Shown: positions 48,848-58,403, counted from the stretch's first letter. The stretch is 64,000 nt of DNA from Formosa sp. (GCA_002684355.1 NYVA01000029.1:75244-139243); one strand, 5' to 3'. The notes: generated from the letters alone by a model not told the origin. Numbers and translations are program-made.

Positions 48848-49311
48848 GATTTGAATTCTCCAAAAAGTTCAATCAGTTTTTTTTGACGGTAATCAAATAT
48901 CTCTTTTAGTTTCGGCTCCACTAATAAAGGGTGGACCAACTGGCCAATCCAACCAAAAGGAAGTTTGTAGTCGATGATATCTTCCATTTCAACACCTCCT
49001 TTTATAGGTCTGATGAAATGCTTGTGATGCCAGAGAGCATATGGCCCAAAACGTTGTTCGTCAACAAAATAATATCCTTTTCTAACATGGGTGATTTCGG
49101 TAACCCACTTTGTTTTTATTCCTAGTACGGGAGTCACAATGTATTGAATAATTTGTCCAGCAAACATTTCGCTTTCAGCTCCGCTAAGAATGTTAAACCC
49201 CATATAGTCGGGTGTGATGGTTTTAAGATTTTTAGGACTAGATAAAAACGCCCAAGCTTCATCAACTGTAATGGGTAAATTCTGTCTTTTGTGTAAATTG
49301 TATAGTTTCAT
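48844..49311 (-). CDS. SRPBCC family ligand-binding protein (start likely 49311)
   Basis: AWAFLSSPKNL, WVTEIT, FVDEQRFGPYALWHHKH. Confidence 0.85.
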   Translation of the reverse strand: MKLYNLHKRQNLPITVDEAWAFLSSPKNLKTITPDYMGFNILSGAESEMFAGQIIQYIVTPVLGIKTKWVTEITHVRKGYYFVDEQRFGPYALWHHKHFIRPIKGGVEMEDIIDYKLPFGWIGQLVHPLLVEPKLKEIFDYRQKKLIELFGEFKS

Positions 49312-49316
49312 CTGGT

Positions 49317-49778
49317 TTAATTGTAGAGCACCACGTAGAGGTTTAAGGAGCTTGCCAACAAAAGCCATACACAATAGGGAAGTACAAAAAACCGCATGTG
49401 ACTTATCAAGTCTTTGAAAGCGACGAAGAAATAGAACATCAAAACCGTTAATAGTGTAATGTTAATTAAGCCTAGCTCAATTAAATGTTTATTCATAAAA
49501 ATGTAGTTCCACGACACATTCAATACAAATTGAATTCCAAAGAGAAACCATACCTTTCGACTTTCAAGATTTTGATATAAATAGCTGATGAACACAGAAA
49601 AAAACACCATTACACAGGTCCATGCTGCACCAAAAACCCAGCCAGCAGGCGTCCAGGGCGCTTTGTCTAAATCAAAATACCAGCTAGATGTGGGTCCATC
49701 ATTCATGAGCAAAGTTCCTAAAAATAGAGCCCCTAAATTTATCGCTAAAAAGCCTAAAAAAGTTAGCGTTAATTTCAT
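49317..49778 (-). CDS. tspO: TspO/MBR tryptophan-rich sensory protein
   Basis: WYFDLDKAPWTPAGWVFGAAW, LNVSWN, PYCVWL. Confidence 0.9.
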   Translation of the reverse strand: MKLTLTFLGFLAINLGALFLGTLLMNDGPTSSWYFDLDKAPWTPAGWVFGAAWTCVMVFFSVFISYLYQNLESRKVWFLFGIQFVLNVSWNYIFMNKHLIELGLINITLLTVLMFYFFVAFKDLISHMRFFVLPYCVWLLLASSLNLYVVLYN

Positions 49779-49946
49779 TTATGCATTGATTTTATCAATT
49801 TCATTTAAAACTTCTTGTGCTTGGGCATATTTGTTGTCGCTGGCAGCGCGATCTGTTGAAGACAAGTCATGCCACTCAGACATTAATTTTTTGTAGCGGT
49901 CTTGTAGTTTTTCAACGGCTGTTTTCTTTTTGAATAATTTAAACAT
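49779..49946 (-). CDS. Lacal_2735 family small protein
   Basis: Not in ORF track (55 aa): MFKLFKKKTAVEKLQDRYKKLMSEWHDLSSTDRAASDNKYAQAQEVLNEIDKINA; fills the GPx-tspO gap exactly. Confidence 0.8.
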   Translation of the reverse strand: MFKLFKKKTAVEKLQDRYKKLMSEWHDLSSTDRAASDNKYAQAQEVLNEIDKINA

Positions 49947-49948
49947 AA

Positions 49949-50497
49949 CTATTGAATTAATTTTGTGATTTTACTGCTCATAGGACGTGTCATTGAATAG
50001 AAATAATCTATAAACTCACCATTTCTTCCAATAATGTATTTTTGAAAGTTCCATCTTACAGTAGTACTTTTTACACCATTCAGTTCTTTATTTGTAAGCC
50101 AATTGTAAAGAGGATGCTGACGCTTTCCTTTGACGTCAATTTTTTCGGTCATTAAGAAAGTGACTCCATAATTTTGTTTGCAAAAAGTTTTAATTTGTGT
50201 TAGAGAGCCTGGTTCTTGTTGCCCAAACTGATTGCAAGGCACTCCAATGACCATAAGATCCTTGCTGTAATGATCATAGAGACGTTGTAGACCTTCATAT
50301 TGCCCTGTAAAGCCACATTCAGAAGCGACATCTACAAAAAGAATATATTTTCCTATATAATCAGATAAATTAATCGGAGATCCATCTAAATTGTTAATTT
50401 GAATATCATGTAGGGTCATTTTTTCTGAATGTTGAGGGTTGTACGTTGAGATTCCCAAAAGAAATAAAAAAGCTGTAATGGTTTTCGAGGCGATCAT
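49949..50497 (-). CDS. Glutathione peroxidase family (Cys-type), with N-terminal signal
   Basis: VASECGFT, PCNQFGQQEPG, WNFQKY. Confidence 0.92.
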   Translation of the reverse strand: MIASKTITAFLFLLGISTYNPQHSEKMTLHDIQINNLDGSPINLSDYIGKYILFVDVASECGFTGQYEGLQRLYDHYSKDLMVIGVPCNQFGQQEPGSLTQIKTFCKQNYGVTFLMTEKIDVKGKRQHPLYNWLTNKELNGVKSTTVRWNFQKYIIGRNGEFIDYFYSMTRPMSSKITKLIQ

Positions 50498-50499
50498 AG

Positions 50500-51183
50500 T
50501 TATATTTTTAAAGAAACAATACCGCAGTCCAATTTAAACACTTGACCAGAAATTGATTTTGAGTTGTCTGAAATTAAATATGCTGCCATTGATGCGACTT
50601 CGCTGGGTGCTAAAAACTTTTTTAGTGGGTGTCTTTGGATGGTATTTTCTACCATTCTTTCATTTCTGAGTAGTTTTGCTGCTAAATCAGTTTGTGTAAT
50701 TGTTGGGGCAATGGCATTGACCCTGATGTTAGGTGCTAAGTCGGCAGCAACAGATTTAGTTAAGCCTTCAACAGCAGATTTTGCAGTAGCAATGCTCGCA
50801 TGAAATGGCATGCCTAAGGCGGTTGCAACTGTACTAAAGAGGACAATAGAGCCAGAATCACTTTTAGACAGCGCAGGGGTATAAGTTTGTATGGCCTTAA
50901 CAGCACCCATGACATTAATTTCAAAATCAGTTCTAAAATCCTCTAAACTCAATCTTTTAAAGGGTTTAAGATTGATACTACCCGGACAGTAAATCAATCC
51001 ATCCGCTTCATTAATTTCAGGGAGATCTCCTGAAATAACATCGCAACTGTGATGGGATAGATTTGCATGTGAATATTCTGGCACAGAGCGACTGATATTA
51101 ATAATTTGATGAGATGGCAATAATGCATGAATAATGGCTTTACCGATCCCACGACTGCCCCCGATGATGATAATTTTTTTCAT
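50500..51183 (-). CDS. Short-chain dehydrogenase/reductase (atypical active site)
   Basis: GGSRGIG Rossmann motif, IRVNAIAP, ISGQ; IATAK in place of YxxxK. Confidence 0.85.
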   Translation of the reverse strand: MKKIIIIGGSRGIGKAIIHALLPSHQIINISRSVPEYSHANLSHHSCDVISGDLPEINEADGLIYCPGSINLKPFKRLSLEDFRTDFEINVMGAVKAIQTYTPALSKSDSGSIVLFSTVATALGMPFHASIATAKSAVEGLTKSVAADLAPNIRVNAIAPTITQTDLAAKLLRNERMVENTIQRHPLKKFLAPSEVASMAAYLISDNSKSISGQVFKLDCGIVSLKI

Positions 51184-51404
51184 GACGTTAAAGGTCTTCC
51201 CTTGAGGCGTTTTTCAATTTTTTGTTTGATCAATGTGAGCTCTTTCATCAAATCCATCAAGGATTGGTCTTTATTTGTCTTGTACAATTCATTAATTTCT
51301 AATATGATGGACTTGACCTCGCGTGAAGCCTCAATGCGTTCACTTGTGTTTTTGAATTTTAGCTTTTTCTCTAAAAAATCCTGACCTTTTTTTACAGCTG
51401 TCAT
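51180..51404 (-). CDS. Small helical hypothetical protein
   Basis: Tightly packed between folE and the SDR gene (4-nt overlap with SDR). Confidence 0.65.
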   Translation of the reverse strand: MTAVKKGQDFLEKKLKFKNTSERIEASREVKSIILEINELYKTNKDQSLMDLMKELTLIKQKIEKRLKGRPLTS

Positions 51405-51408
51405 AGTT

Positions 51409-52095
51409 TTATTTTAAATAATTATTAAACTCATTAACTTTTGCTGGGCTGTTAAATGCACCACTATAAAACGAAGTTACAGTGGCAGAAGATTCATCTT
51501 TAATCCCTCTTGAAGAAACACAAAGATGTTTTGCATCAATAATAACGGCAACATCATCTGTTTTTAAAATGGCTTTTAAATCTTCACCGATTTGATTGGT
51601 TAAACGCTCTTGAACTTGAGGTCTTTTTGCATAATACTGTACAATTCTGTTTAATTTTGATAGCCCAATGACTTTTCCGGAAGAAATATACGCAACATGC
51701 GCTTTTCCGATGATTGGAACAAAATGGTGTTCACAATTTGAATAAAATGTAATATTTTTTTCAACCAGCATTTGATTGTAATGGTATTTGTTGTCAAATA
51801 ATGCGACTTTGGGTTTGTTCTTAGGGTTGAGTCCAGAAAAGATTTCATCAATATACATTTTTGCAACTCTATCAGGTGTTCCTTTTAAAGAGTCATCGGT
51901 TAAGTCCAAGCCTATGACATCCATAATTTCTTCAAAAAGCATAGATATCTTATTTTTTTTCTCCGCATCGCTAATTGCAAATGCATCCTTCTTTAGGGGT
52001 GTGTTTAAGCCTGTATATAGGTGATCGTCTCCTATTTCATGGTGATTAAACCCATTAATACGTCTTGTTTTTTGTTTTGTAATATTAGTTGACAT
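51409..52095 (-). CDS. folE: GTP cyclohydrolase I
   Basis: TPDRVAKMY, CEHHFVP, GLSKLNR, RPQVQERLT, HLCVSSRG. Confidence 0.95.
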   Translation of the reverse strand: MSTNITKQKTRRINGFNHHEIGDDHLYTGLNTPLKKDAFAISDAEKKNKISMLFEEIMDVIGLDLTDDSLKGTPDRVAKMYIDEIFSGLNPKNKPKVALFDNKYHYNQMLVEKNITFYSNCEHHFVPIIGKAHVAYISSGKVIGLSKLNRIVQYYAKRPQVQERLTNQIGEDLKAILKTDDVAVIIDAKHLCVSSRGIKDESSATVTSFYSGAFNSPAKVNEFNNYLK

Positions 52096-52098
52096 AGC

Positions 52099-52377
52099 TT
52101 AATATATTCGTTTTGATATTTTATTATTTGAAATTGACTTTTGCCTGGAACATTTAAAGCGTCCCGATTCAAAAGTTCTTAGTTTTTCATGTTTAGTTTT
52201 TCTTCCTTTCATTCTTGCTCGCCACAGCCTGAAGCTTTTAGGTTTCATTTGATTACGCATCAGTGAAATCACTTGTTGTTCGGACAATCCAAATTGTAAA
52301 CTTATGGCCTCAAAAGTAGTGCGGTCCTCCCAAGCCATTTCAATTATTCTATCAATTTCTAAAGCACTAAGAGTCAT
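52099..52377 (-). CDS. TIGR03643 (DUF2805) family protein (start likely 52377)
   Basis: DRIIEMAWEDRTTFEAI..QFGLSE...SFRLWRAR..GRKTKH. Confidence 0.85.
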   Translation of the reverse strand: MTLSALEIDRIIEMAWEDRTTFEAISLQFGLSEQQVISLMRNQMKPKSFRLWRARMKGRKTKHEKLRTFESGRFKCSRQKSISNNKISKRIY

Positions 52378-52801
52378 AGCTGGGGAGGGTATATTGTTCA
52401 TCAAACTTTATCTTCTCATGCATCAATCTTTGAAAAAAACGTTCATTTTCTTTGTAAGTTCTAGATTTTTCAAAGCGAATGAACCGTCCTTGTGCATGGA
52501 TGCTGGTAAAGTCTGTTTTGTAAAAAACCAATTGATAAAAGGGGATTGCCCATGTGAAATTCTTTAATCCCTTGTTAATGCGGATCAAAACACCTTTTTT
52601 TCGCAACTCAATATTGGCATAATTTAAATCTGATATAATATTCTCTATAAATTTTAAATTTGGGCTCAGTTGCTTTACAATCATTCTTTTTGATCCAATT
52701 CCACCTCTTTTTACAGATTCCCAAAAACGATAGGGTTTGCCAACAAATTCTTCGAGGATTTGCTTGTGATCTTTATTGAAGTAAGTGGTATCTAAGATCA
52801 A
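52367..52801 (-). CDS. Conserved flavobacterial hypothetical protein
   Basis: GGIGSKRM, ANIELR, WAIPFYQL; first gene after the promoter at 52820-52875. Confidence 0.7.
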   Translation of the reverse strand: MILDTTYFNKDHKQILEEFVGKPYRFWESVKRGGIGSKRMIVKQLSPNLKFIENIISDLNYANIELRKKGVLIRINKGLKNFTWAIPFYQLVFYKTDFTSIHAQGRFIRFEKSRTYKENERFFQRLMHEKIKFDEQYTLPSYDS

Positions 52802-52819
52802 GATTAAATTGATTTACCT

Positions 52820-52875
52820 CAAACATAGCGAATGTCTTCACATTTAGACCTAGAATTAAAAAAACATTAACATTT
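52820..52875 (-). promoter_or_regulatory. Light-island promoter B: AAATGTTAAT-N8-AATT-N15-AAGACA-N5-TATGTTTG
   Basis: Ungapped match to 58421-58476 (37/56 identical, counted by eye). Confidence 0.65.
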
Positions 52876-52910
52876 TTAGCCTTTCTTTAACAGAGTAATA
52901 ATTGAAGGTG

Positions 52911-54380
52911 TTATTTTAAATTTTCAATGAAATTTGCTGATATTTCTATCAAAGATTTCTTTTTCTCTAGATTCATTTTTTCAAAAGAACTCACCAACAT
53001 TCTCATTCTTGGATTTTTTTTGAAAAATACTTTGTGATTGTTTATGAAATTCCAAAACAAAGCGTCCCAAATTGAACACCAATCGCGTTTTTTGTAGTCA
53101 CTCATTTTTAAAATGTAACTGCTGCCACTTATGTAGGGTTTTGTAGACATGAGACCTCCATCTGCAAATTGACTCATTCCGTATACATTGGGGACCATGA
53201 CCCAATCGTAACTATCAATTGAAAGCTCCATAAACCAGCGGTAAACTTCATCGGGGTCAATTTCACACAACAGCATTAAATTACCAACAATCATCAATCT
53301 TTCAATGTGGTGTATGTACCCGGTATTTGTGATTTTCTTTATAGAATCGTCAAAAGGCTCTAATCCTGTAGTCCCATTGTAAAAAGCAGTTGGCATTTTC
53401 CTGCTAAAATTCCAAAAATTCTTAGTACGTTCTTCCGTACCCTTCGCAATATAAACACCCCTTATAAATTCTCTCCAGCCAATAATTTGCCGAATGAATC
53501 CCTCTGTTGAATTGATTGGAATATTGTGTTTTGTTGCATAGTCTACTGTTGTTTTAACCACATAATTTGGGTTCAGTAAACCAACATTTATAAGAGGAGA
53601 CAGGAGGCTGTGGTGCAGTTCAGTTTCATTTTTAAGTACGGCATCTTCAAACGGCCCAAATTCTTCAAATCTTGTTTTTAAAAATGCTTTAAACCATTTT
53701 TTTGAAGACTCAAAATCATGCGGGTAATTTGGTTTTTTTGGTAATTCACCACAATTATTGCTGAAATTCTTTTCAACGTAGGCCAACGCTTCTTCAAAAT
53801 AAGTACTTTCTTCAGGGCGCTTTATTTTTGGTGTTTGCTTTCCTTTTGGGTATTTTTCTCTGTTGTATTTGTCATAAGTCCATTCACCGCCTTCTGGGGA
53901 ACCATTCTGCATCAGAAGATTCATTTGCTGACGTTGGTTCTTATAAAAAGCGGTTTGGAAGAATTTTTTCTTTTCTGTTCTAAAAAATGGATTCAAATCT
54001 GCTTTGTCAAGCAGAAATAAGGGATTATTAAAAATCGCAAGCTCAATCTTTTTTTTGCTACAAGCAGATTTAATCCGCTTTTGAAGCCAATTGTCATTGG
54101 GATCATATATGTTGATTTTTTGGATATCACCGCTCAAGTTCTTTATAAGCATTCTAACATCGCTCTCCGTTTGAGTTGAATCAATATACTCAATATTGAA
54201 TTGTGCTTTTAGATAGTTTTCGTAAGATTTCATACTCATTCTATGAAATAGAATTTTCTGCTTGTGAAAATTAAAATGTTTAAAAAACAGAAATTCTTCT
54301 ATCAAGATGACTTTTTTGGAAGCTTGAAGTAGCTCTGAATTTTCAAAAAGTTGGTTGGGAAAGATTAGTGTGAGTTCCAT
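52911..54380 (-). CDS. Bacterial (6-4) photolyase/CryPro (FeS-BCP-related) family protein lacking Fe-S cysteines
   Basis: IFPNQLF, HKQKI, HSLLSPLINVGLL, EGFIRQIIGWREFIRG, HHIERLM, DSYDWVMVPNVYGM, ADGG...TKPY. Confidence 0.88.
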   Translation of the reverse strand: MELTLIFPNQLFENSELLQASKKVILIEEFLFFKHFNFHKQKILFHRMSMKSYENYLKAQFNIEYIDSTQTESDVRMLIKNLSGDIQKINIYDPNDNWLQKRIKSACSKKKIELAIFNNPLFLLDKADLNPFFRTEKKKFFQTAFYKNQRQQMNLLMQNGSPEGGEWTYDKYNREKYPKGKQTPKIKRPEESTYFEEALAYVEKNFSNNCGELPKKPNYPHDFESSKKWFKAFLKTRFEEFGPFEDAVLKNETELHHSLLSPLINVGLLNPNYVVKTTVDYATKHNIPINSTEGFIRQIIGWREFIRGVYIAKGTEERTKNFWNFSRKMPTAFYNGTTGLEPFDDSIKKITNTGYIHHIERLMIVGNLMLLCEIDPDEVYRWFMELSIDSYDWVMVPNVYGMSQFADGGLMSTKPYISGSSYILKMSDYKKRDWCSIWDALFWNFINNHKVFFKKNPRMRMLVSSFEKMNLEKKKSLIEISANFIENLK

Positions 54381-54388
54381 AGTCGTTG

Positions 54389-55684
54389 TTATTTAAGCCA
54401 ATGGTTTCTAAAACTCTTGTCATGATCATATATTTCTGCTTGTCTTTTAAGGTCAAAGATGCGATCTCTTGGATCGTTACCAACCCCAGAAACGTACATC
54501 CAATTGCCATAATTGCTATGTACATCATAGTCCAACAACATACTTTCAAAATAGGCTGCTCCGATACGCCAGTCAAGCTTTAGAGTTTTTGCAAAATAAG
54601 AAGCGACATTTTGCCGTCCTCGGTTGCTCATCCATCCTGTATTTTTCAATTCAATCATGTTCGCATTGACAAAATCATTCGCTGTTCTCCCTTCTGTCCA
54701 TTCCTTTATGAATTTTGAATTTTTAGACCAACCATAAACGGTGTTTAGAATTCCATCAAGTTTAAAAATGGCATTTCCATTTTTTAAAGAAATGTATTTA
54801 AAAAAATCACGCCAAATCAATTCGAAAATTAACCAATAAGTAGATTGATTGGCGTAAAATTGCTCTTCAAACGCCTTGATTTTCCAATAAATTTGTCTAG
54901 CGGACAAACTCCCATTAGCTAGCCATGGTGAAAATTTAGAACTGTAATTTTCACCCAAAAGACCGTTTCGTGTTTTTTTATATACACCAAGTGATTGCGT
55001 TTTGAAAAAATAATGGTCCAAGCGTTGCTCGGCTGCTTTAGATCCGCCTTTAAATGAGAATGCAGTCCGCGAATCTATTTCGAAATCCTCAAATCCCAAT
55101 TGCTCCAATGTTGGCAATTTAAAATCCGTTTCAACTTTAGAGGATAACTCTTGAGGCTGCATAGAAAACAATGATCTAACCAAAGCTTTTTTTTCTAGTT
55201 GTTTTCTAAACTGTGTAAAAACCTTTGGAGTCTCGCTATAATGAAATGTTACGTCATCAGGGTGAAATAAAAATTGATCATAATATTCGTGAACGCTTAC
55301 ATTGGCTGGCAAAGTCTTCTTCAAAAAATCAATTTTTTTGACTTCCTCATCGGTCCACTCCTTTTGGTGATAGACTGCTTTCACATCATATATTTTGACC
55401 AATTCACGCATTTGTTTTTCTCCAGCAGTATTAAACACCAATAGGCTTATGTTTAGCGCATCAAGTTCTGATTTTAAATCGTTTAGTGTTTGAAGTAGAA
55501 ATTTAGCTCTAAATTTTTCAGTTTTTTTAAAACCAAATTGAGTATCGTTGAACTTCTCGGGAGTTAAAAAATAAACCCCTATAACTTGTCTTGAAGCTTT
55601 CATAGCAGCACTGAGCACAAAGTTGTCTCTTACTCTTAAGTTGTCTGTGAACCAGACGATGGATGTGTTTTGTTTTTGCTGCAT
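54389..55684 (-). CDS. DASH family cryptochrome
   Basis: [62 protein letters not shown]. Confidence 0.92.
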   Translation of the reverse strand: MQQKQNTSIVWFTDNLRVRDNFVLSAAMKASRQVIGVYFLTPEKFNDTQFGFKKTEKFRAKFLLQTLNDLKSELDALNISLLVFNTAGEKQMRELVKIYDVKAVYHQKEWTDEEVKKIDFLKKTLPANVSVHEYYDQFLFHPDDVTFHYSETPKVFTQFRKQLEKKALVRSLFSMQPQELSSKVETDFKLPTLEQLGFEDFEIDSRTAFSFKGGSKAAEQRLDHYFFKTQSLGVYKKTRNGLLGENYSSKFSPWLANGSLSARQIYWKIKAFEEQFYANQSTYWLIFELIWRDFFKYISLKNGNAIFKLDGILNTVYGWSKNSKFIKEWTEGRTANDFVNANMIELKNTGWMSNRGRQNVASYFAKTLKLDWRIGAAYFESMLLDYDVHSNYGNWMYVSGVGNDPRDRIFDLKRQAEIYDHDKSFRNHWLK

Positions 55685-55794
55685 TTTTTACTACAATATT
55701 TTACAAACTCCCAATCTCTTTCCCATTTTTTTCTCCATGAAAATGGGCGATGACAAACCATACAAATTTTGACAGGGAGATGAGATTTTTTCAA
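55636..55794 (-). CDS. DUF2256 Zn-ribbon small protein
   Basis: Not in ORF track (52 aa, TTG start): [38 protein letters not shown]... Confidence 0.88.
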   Translation of the reverse strand: MKKSHLPVKICMVCHRPFSWRKKWERDWEFVKYCSKKCSKNKTHPSSGSQTT

Positions 55795-55798
55795 AATG

Positions 55799-56437
55799 TC
55801 AAATTTTAGAATTCATATCTTTTTTTGGACGTTGGTATTGCAATCGGGCTTTGAGTTTGGGCAGCGTATATCCGTCCAAACCATTAATAGCTACAATATT
55901 TCCTTTGGAGAGATTGATGAATCCGTCAGCTTCTAGCAAATCTTCGCGAATGAATAAATCTTTTATTTCTCCAATGAGTTGGATACAATTATTACGGTTA
56001 ATAAGGTATTCTTCGCAATAGGTGAGCGCAATCTGGATGGGCGCATCTTTGACAAAAGGGGCGTGCCAACCATTTTTAAATTCTTCTTTTAATTTAGTGA
56101 GCTCAAATTCCGAAACTTCCTTGCTGTATTTTGCCGAAGTGTGATGGGCATCTTTAATAATTGGTGCATGGATGTGATTGATGGTAAATTGACCAGTTTC
56201 TTTTATGTTTTCATAAGTGTTTCTCGGAACATCTGTGACCGGCCTAAAAACCATACCCAGCAGTGGAGGATTGGATCCTAAGTGTGTTACAGAACTAAAG
56301 ACTGCAACATTTGAGGTGCCGGCATTGGATTTCGTCCCAATCAAATTAGCAGATTTAAACCCTGAACAGCTGTTTATTAAATTTATTCTGAAGACATGAT
56401 CGAGTTTATCAAAATCATTGCGTTTTATATGTATCAT
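55799..56437 (-). CDS. Flavin reductase-like (split-barrel FMN-binding) protein
   Basis: [41 protein letters not shown]. Confidence 0.85.
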   Translation of the reverse strand: MIHIKRNDFDKLDHVFRINLINSCSGFKSANLIGTKSNAGTSNVAVFSSVTHLGSNPPLLGMVFRPVTDVPRNTYENIKETGQFTINHIHAPIIKDAHHTSAKYSKEVSEFELTKLKEEFKNGWHAPFVKDAPIQIALTYCEEYLINRNNCIQLIGEIKDLFIREDLLEADGFINLSKGNIVAINGLDGYTLPKLKARLQYQRPKKDMNSKI

Positions 56438-57747
56438 TTGTAGTGTTGAAATTGGTTAATTCTAACCGCATTGGCTTTAAGGTCAAACATTAGATTGTAA
56501 AGGCCAAAAAAGGTTCTGTTCATGTAGATAAAGTGTTTTGATCCACGAGTGTTGTTAAGCTTCCTGAGCTCAGTGTTTTGACTGTAACGCTCTGAAATAT
56601 CTCCAATTTTCCCAAAAAACTCGGGGTCTGAAAAATCAAACACTTTGCTTTGAAATGGCAATGTAAAAACAGTCAGCAGTTCATGAAACATCTCATTAAA
56701 AAAACTACTTTCCTCATGAGAATCTTCAGCTGTTAAAATTTCTAAGTTATAGAGTTTTTCAGTGAATAATTTTGGGTTATCCATTACTGATTTGTCAGCC
56801 AATTCAAAATAGGGAATATAAAAATCGTTCGGAATCGTTTTCATGCAACCAAAATCCAAAGCAATAAGTTGAGATTCATCATTGATTAAAAAGTTCCCAG
56901 GGTGTGGGTCTGCATGGACTTTACGCAAGTTGTGAATTTGGTGCATATAAAAGTCCCAAAGCGCCTGTCCCAGCTTATTCGACTTTTTAGAATTTTTATT
57001 ATTTTTTACAAATTCAGACAGATGTACCCCATTCATAAAATCCATTGTAAGGATTCTATCAGAGGATAGATTTGCATAATAGGTGGGAAATAAAATATTT
57101 GGAATGTGTGCACAGGCCTTAGCGATTTCTTGGCTTTGTTCGATTTCTAGGCAGTAATCTGTTTCTTCAGTCAATTTGTCTTCTACTTCTTTAAAATACT
57201 TTTCAGCCCCTTTGGGTTTGATGTTGAAAATCCTTAAAGCAATGGGTTTTACAATTGCCAAATCTGATTTAATACTGTCTGCTACGCCTGGATATTGTAT
57301 TTTGACAGCCAATGCTTTACCGTTTTTTTTTGCTTTGTGAACTTGGCCAATGCTCGCAGCATTGACTGAATTGGCATCAAACTGGTCAAAAATAGCTTCT
57401 GGTGCTTTACCAAAATATTTTTTGAAAGTTTTTACTACCAGGGGGGGGGAGAGCGGCGGCACCGAAAATTGAGCAAGAGAAAATTTTTCAACATAAGCAA
57501 GCGGAAGAAGGTTTTTTTCCATGCTCAACATTTGAGCAACTTTCAAAGCACTGCCTTTGAGTTGTTTTAGGCCACCATAAATATCCTTTGCATTGTTTTT
57601 ATTCAGGTTTTCCTTGGCAATTTCTTTTGTTTTACTGATTTTTTCTCCATAATATTTGATATAGTTCAAACCAACTTTGGCGCCAGTAGATACCAATTTA
57701 GAAGCACGTTGTAGTTTTGAGGTCGGGATTCTATCAATAGATTTCAT
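56434..57747 (-). CDS. ABC1/AarF/UbiB family atypical kinase
   Basis: LKGSALKVAQ, AASIGQVH, AVKIQYPG, HADPHPGNF, LDFGC. Confidence 0.92.
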   Translation of the reverse strand: MKSIDRIPTSKLQRASKLVSTGAKVGLNYIKYYGEKISKTKEIAKENLNKNNAKDIYGGLKQLKGSALKVAQMLSMEKNLLPLAYVEKFSLAQFSVPPLSPPLVVKTFKKYFGKAPEAIFDQFDANSVNAASIGQVHKAKKNGKALAVKIQYPGVADSIKSDLAIVKPIALRIFNIKPKGAEKYFKEVEDKLTEETDYCLEIEQSQEIAKACAHIPNILFPTYYANLSSDRILTMDFMNGVHLSEFVKNNKNSKKSNKLGQALWDFYMHQIHNLRKVHADPHPGNFLINDESQLIALDFGCMKTIPNDFYIPYFELADKSVMDNPKLFTEKLYNLEILTAEDSHEESSFFNEMFHELLTVFTLPFQSKVFDFSDPEFFGKIGDISERYSQNTELRKLNNTRGSKHFIYMNRTFFGLYNLMFDLKANAVRINQFQHYK

Positions 57748-58403
57748 TAACGCATGCTGATTTTTTCTTTAAACAAGAATTTACCAAAATCAACAACACT
57801 CTTGAGAGGTTTGGTATTTGCTAGTTCGAAACTAGCAGCGATAGATTTTTCAATAAAAAGATCTGTTTTTTCAAAATCTGCTGAATCGTCGTCCAACCAA
57901 AATTTAAGTGTTACCAGCATTTGAATCCAATAGGATTCATTGACTACACTGTCTTTGATGTCATCTAATCGCTTATTTTTGATATCAATTACTCCTAAAT
58001 CCAGCTCATCAATGAAGTTTAAAAACTTTTTTCTGAGTGTTTTAAGTTTTTTCATATGATTGAGCCCGCCCATTTCCAAATGAAGAGATTTGGAAACATA
58101 GCTGCGATTGGCGGTTAAATTGCCAAAAAATGTGAAATAAAAACTCAGAAATTGATTCATTGCGTCATAATCCTTATATTCTTTGCTTTTTTCAAGTGTT
58201 TTCATTGTATTTTCAAAAAACAACTCGTAAATGGCAGCTTCTAAGGCTTCAAAAGAACCGAAAAAGCGGTAAAATTCAGATTCTTCAAAATGGTTCATTT
58301 TTGCAAATGAATAAACGCTTTTGGGAACTTCATTGTGTTCAAGTACAACGTCCATGAATAAAGCAACAAGATTTTCTTTATTGATTTTAGTTTTTTTAAC
58401 CAT
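57747..58403 (-). CDS. TetR family regulator (Bacteroidota C-terminal type)
   Basis: N-terminal HTH-like SVYSFAK...EFYRFFGSF; FWLDDDSADFEKTDLFIEKS. Confidence 0.8.
   Translation of the reverse strand: MVKKTKINKENLVALFMDVVLEHNEVPKSVYSFAKMNHFEESEFYRFFGSFEALEAAIYELFFENTMKTLEKSKEYKDYDAMNQFLSFYFTFFGNLTANRSYVSKSLHLEMGGLNHMKKLKTLRKKFLNFIDELDLGVIDIKNKRLDDIKDSVVNESYWIQMLVTLKFWLDDDSADFEKTDLFIEKSIAASFELANTKPLKSVVDFGKFLFKEKISMR

Noticed and set aside
49588-49896. 102-aa plus-strand ORF opposite tspO
   Set aside because: Antisense to tspO and the Lacal_2735 gene, which fit the operon
47549-58403. Light island as a recently acquired mobile element
   Set aside because: No integrase, transposase or flanking repeats, and no obvious compositional shift by eye
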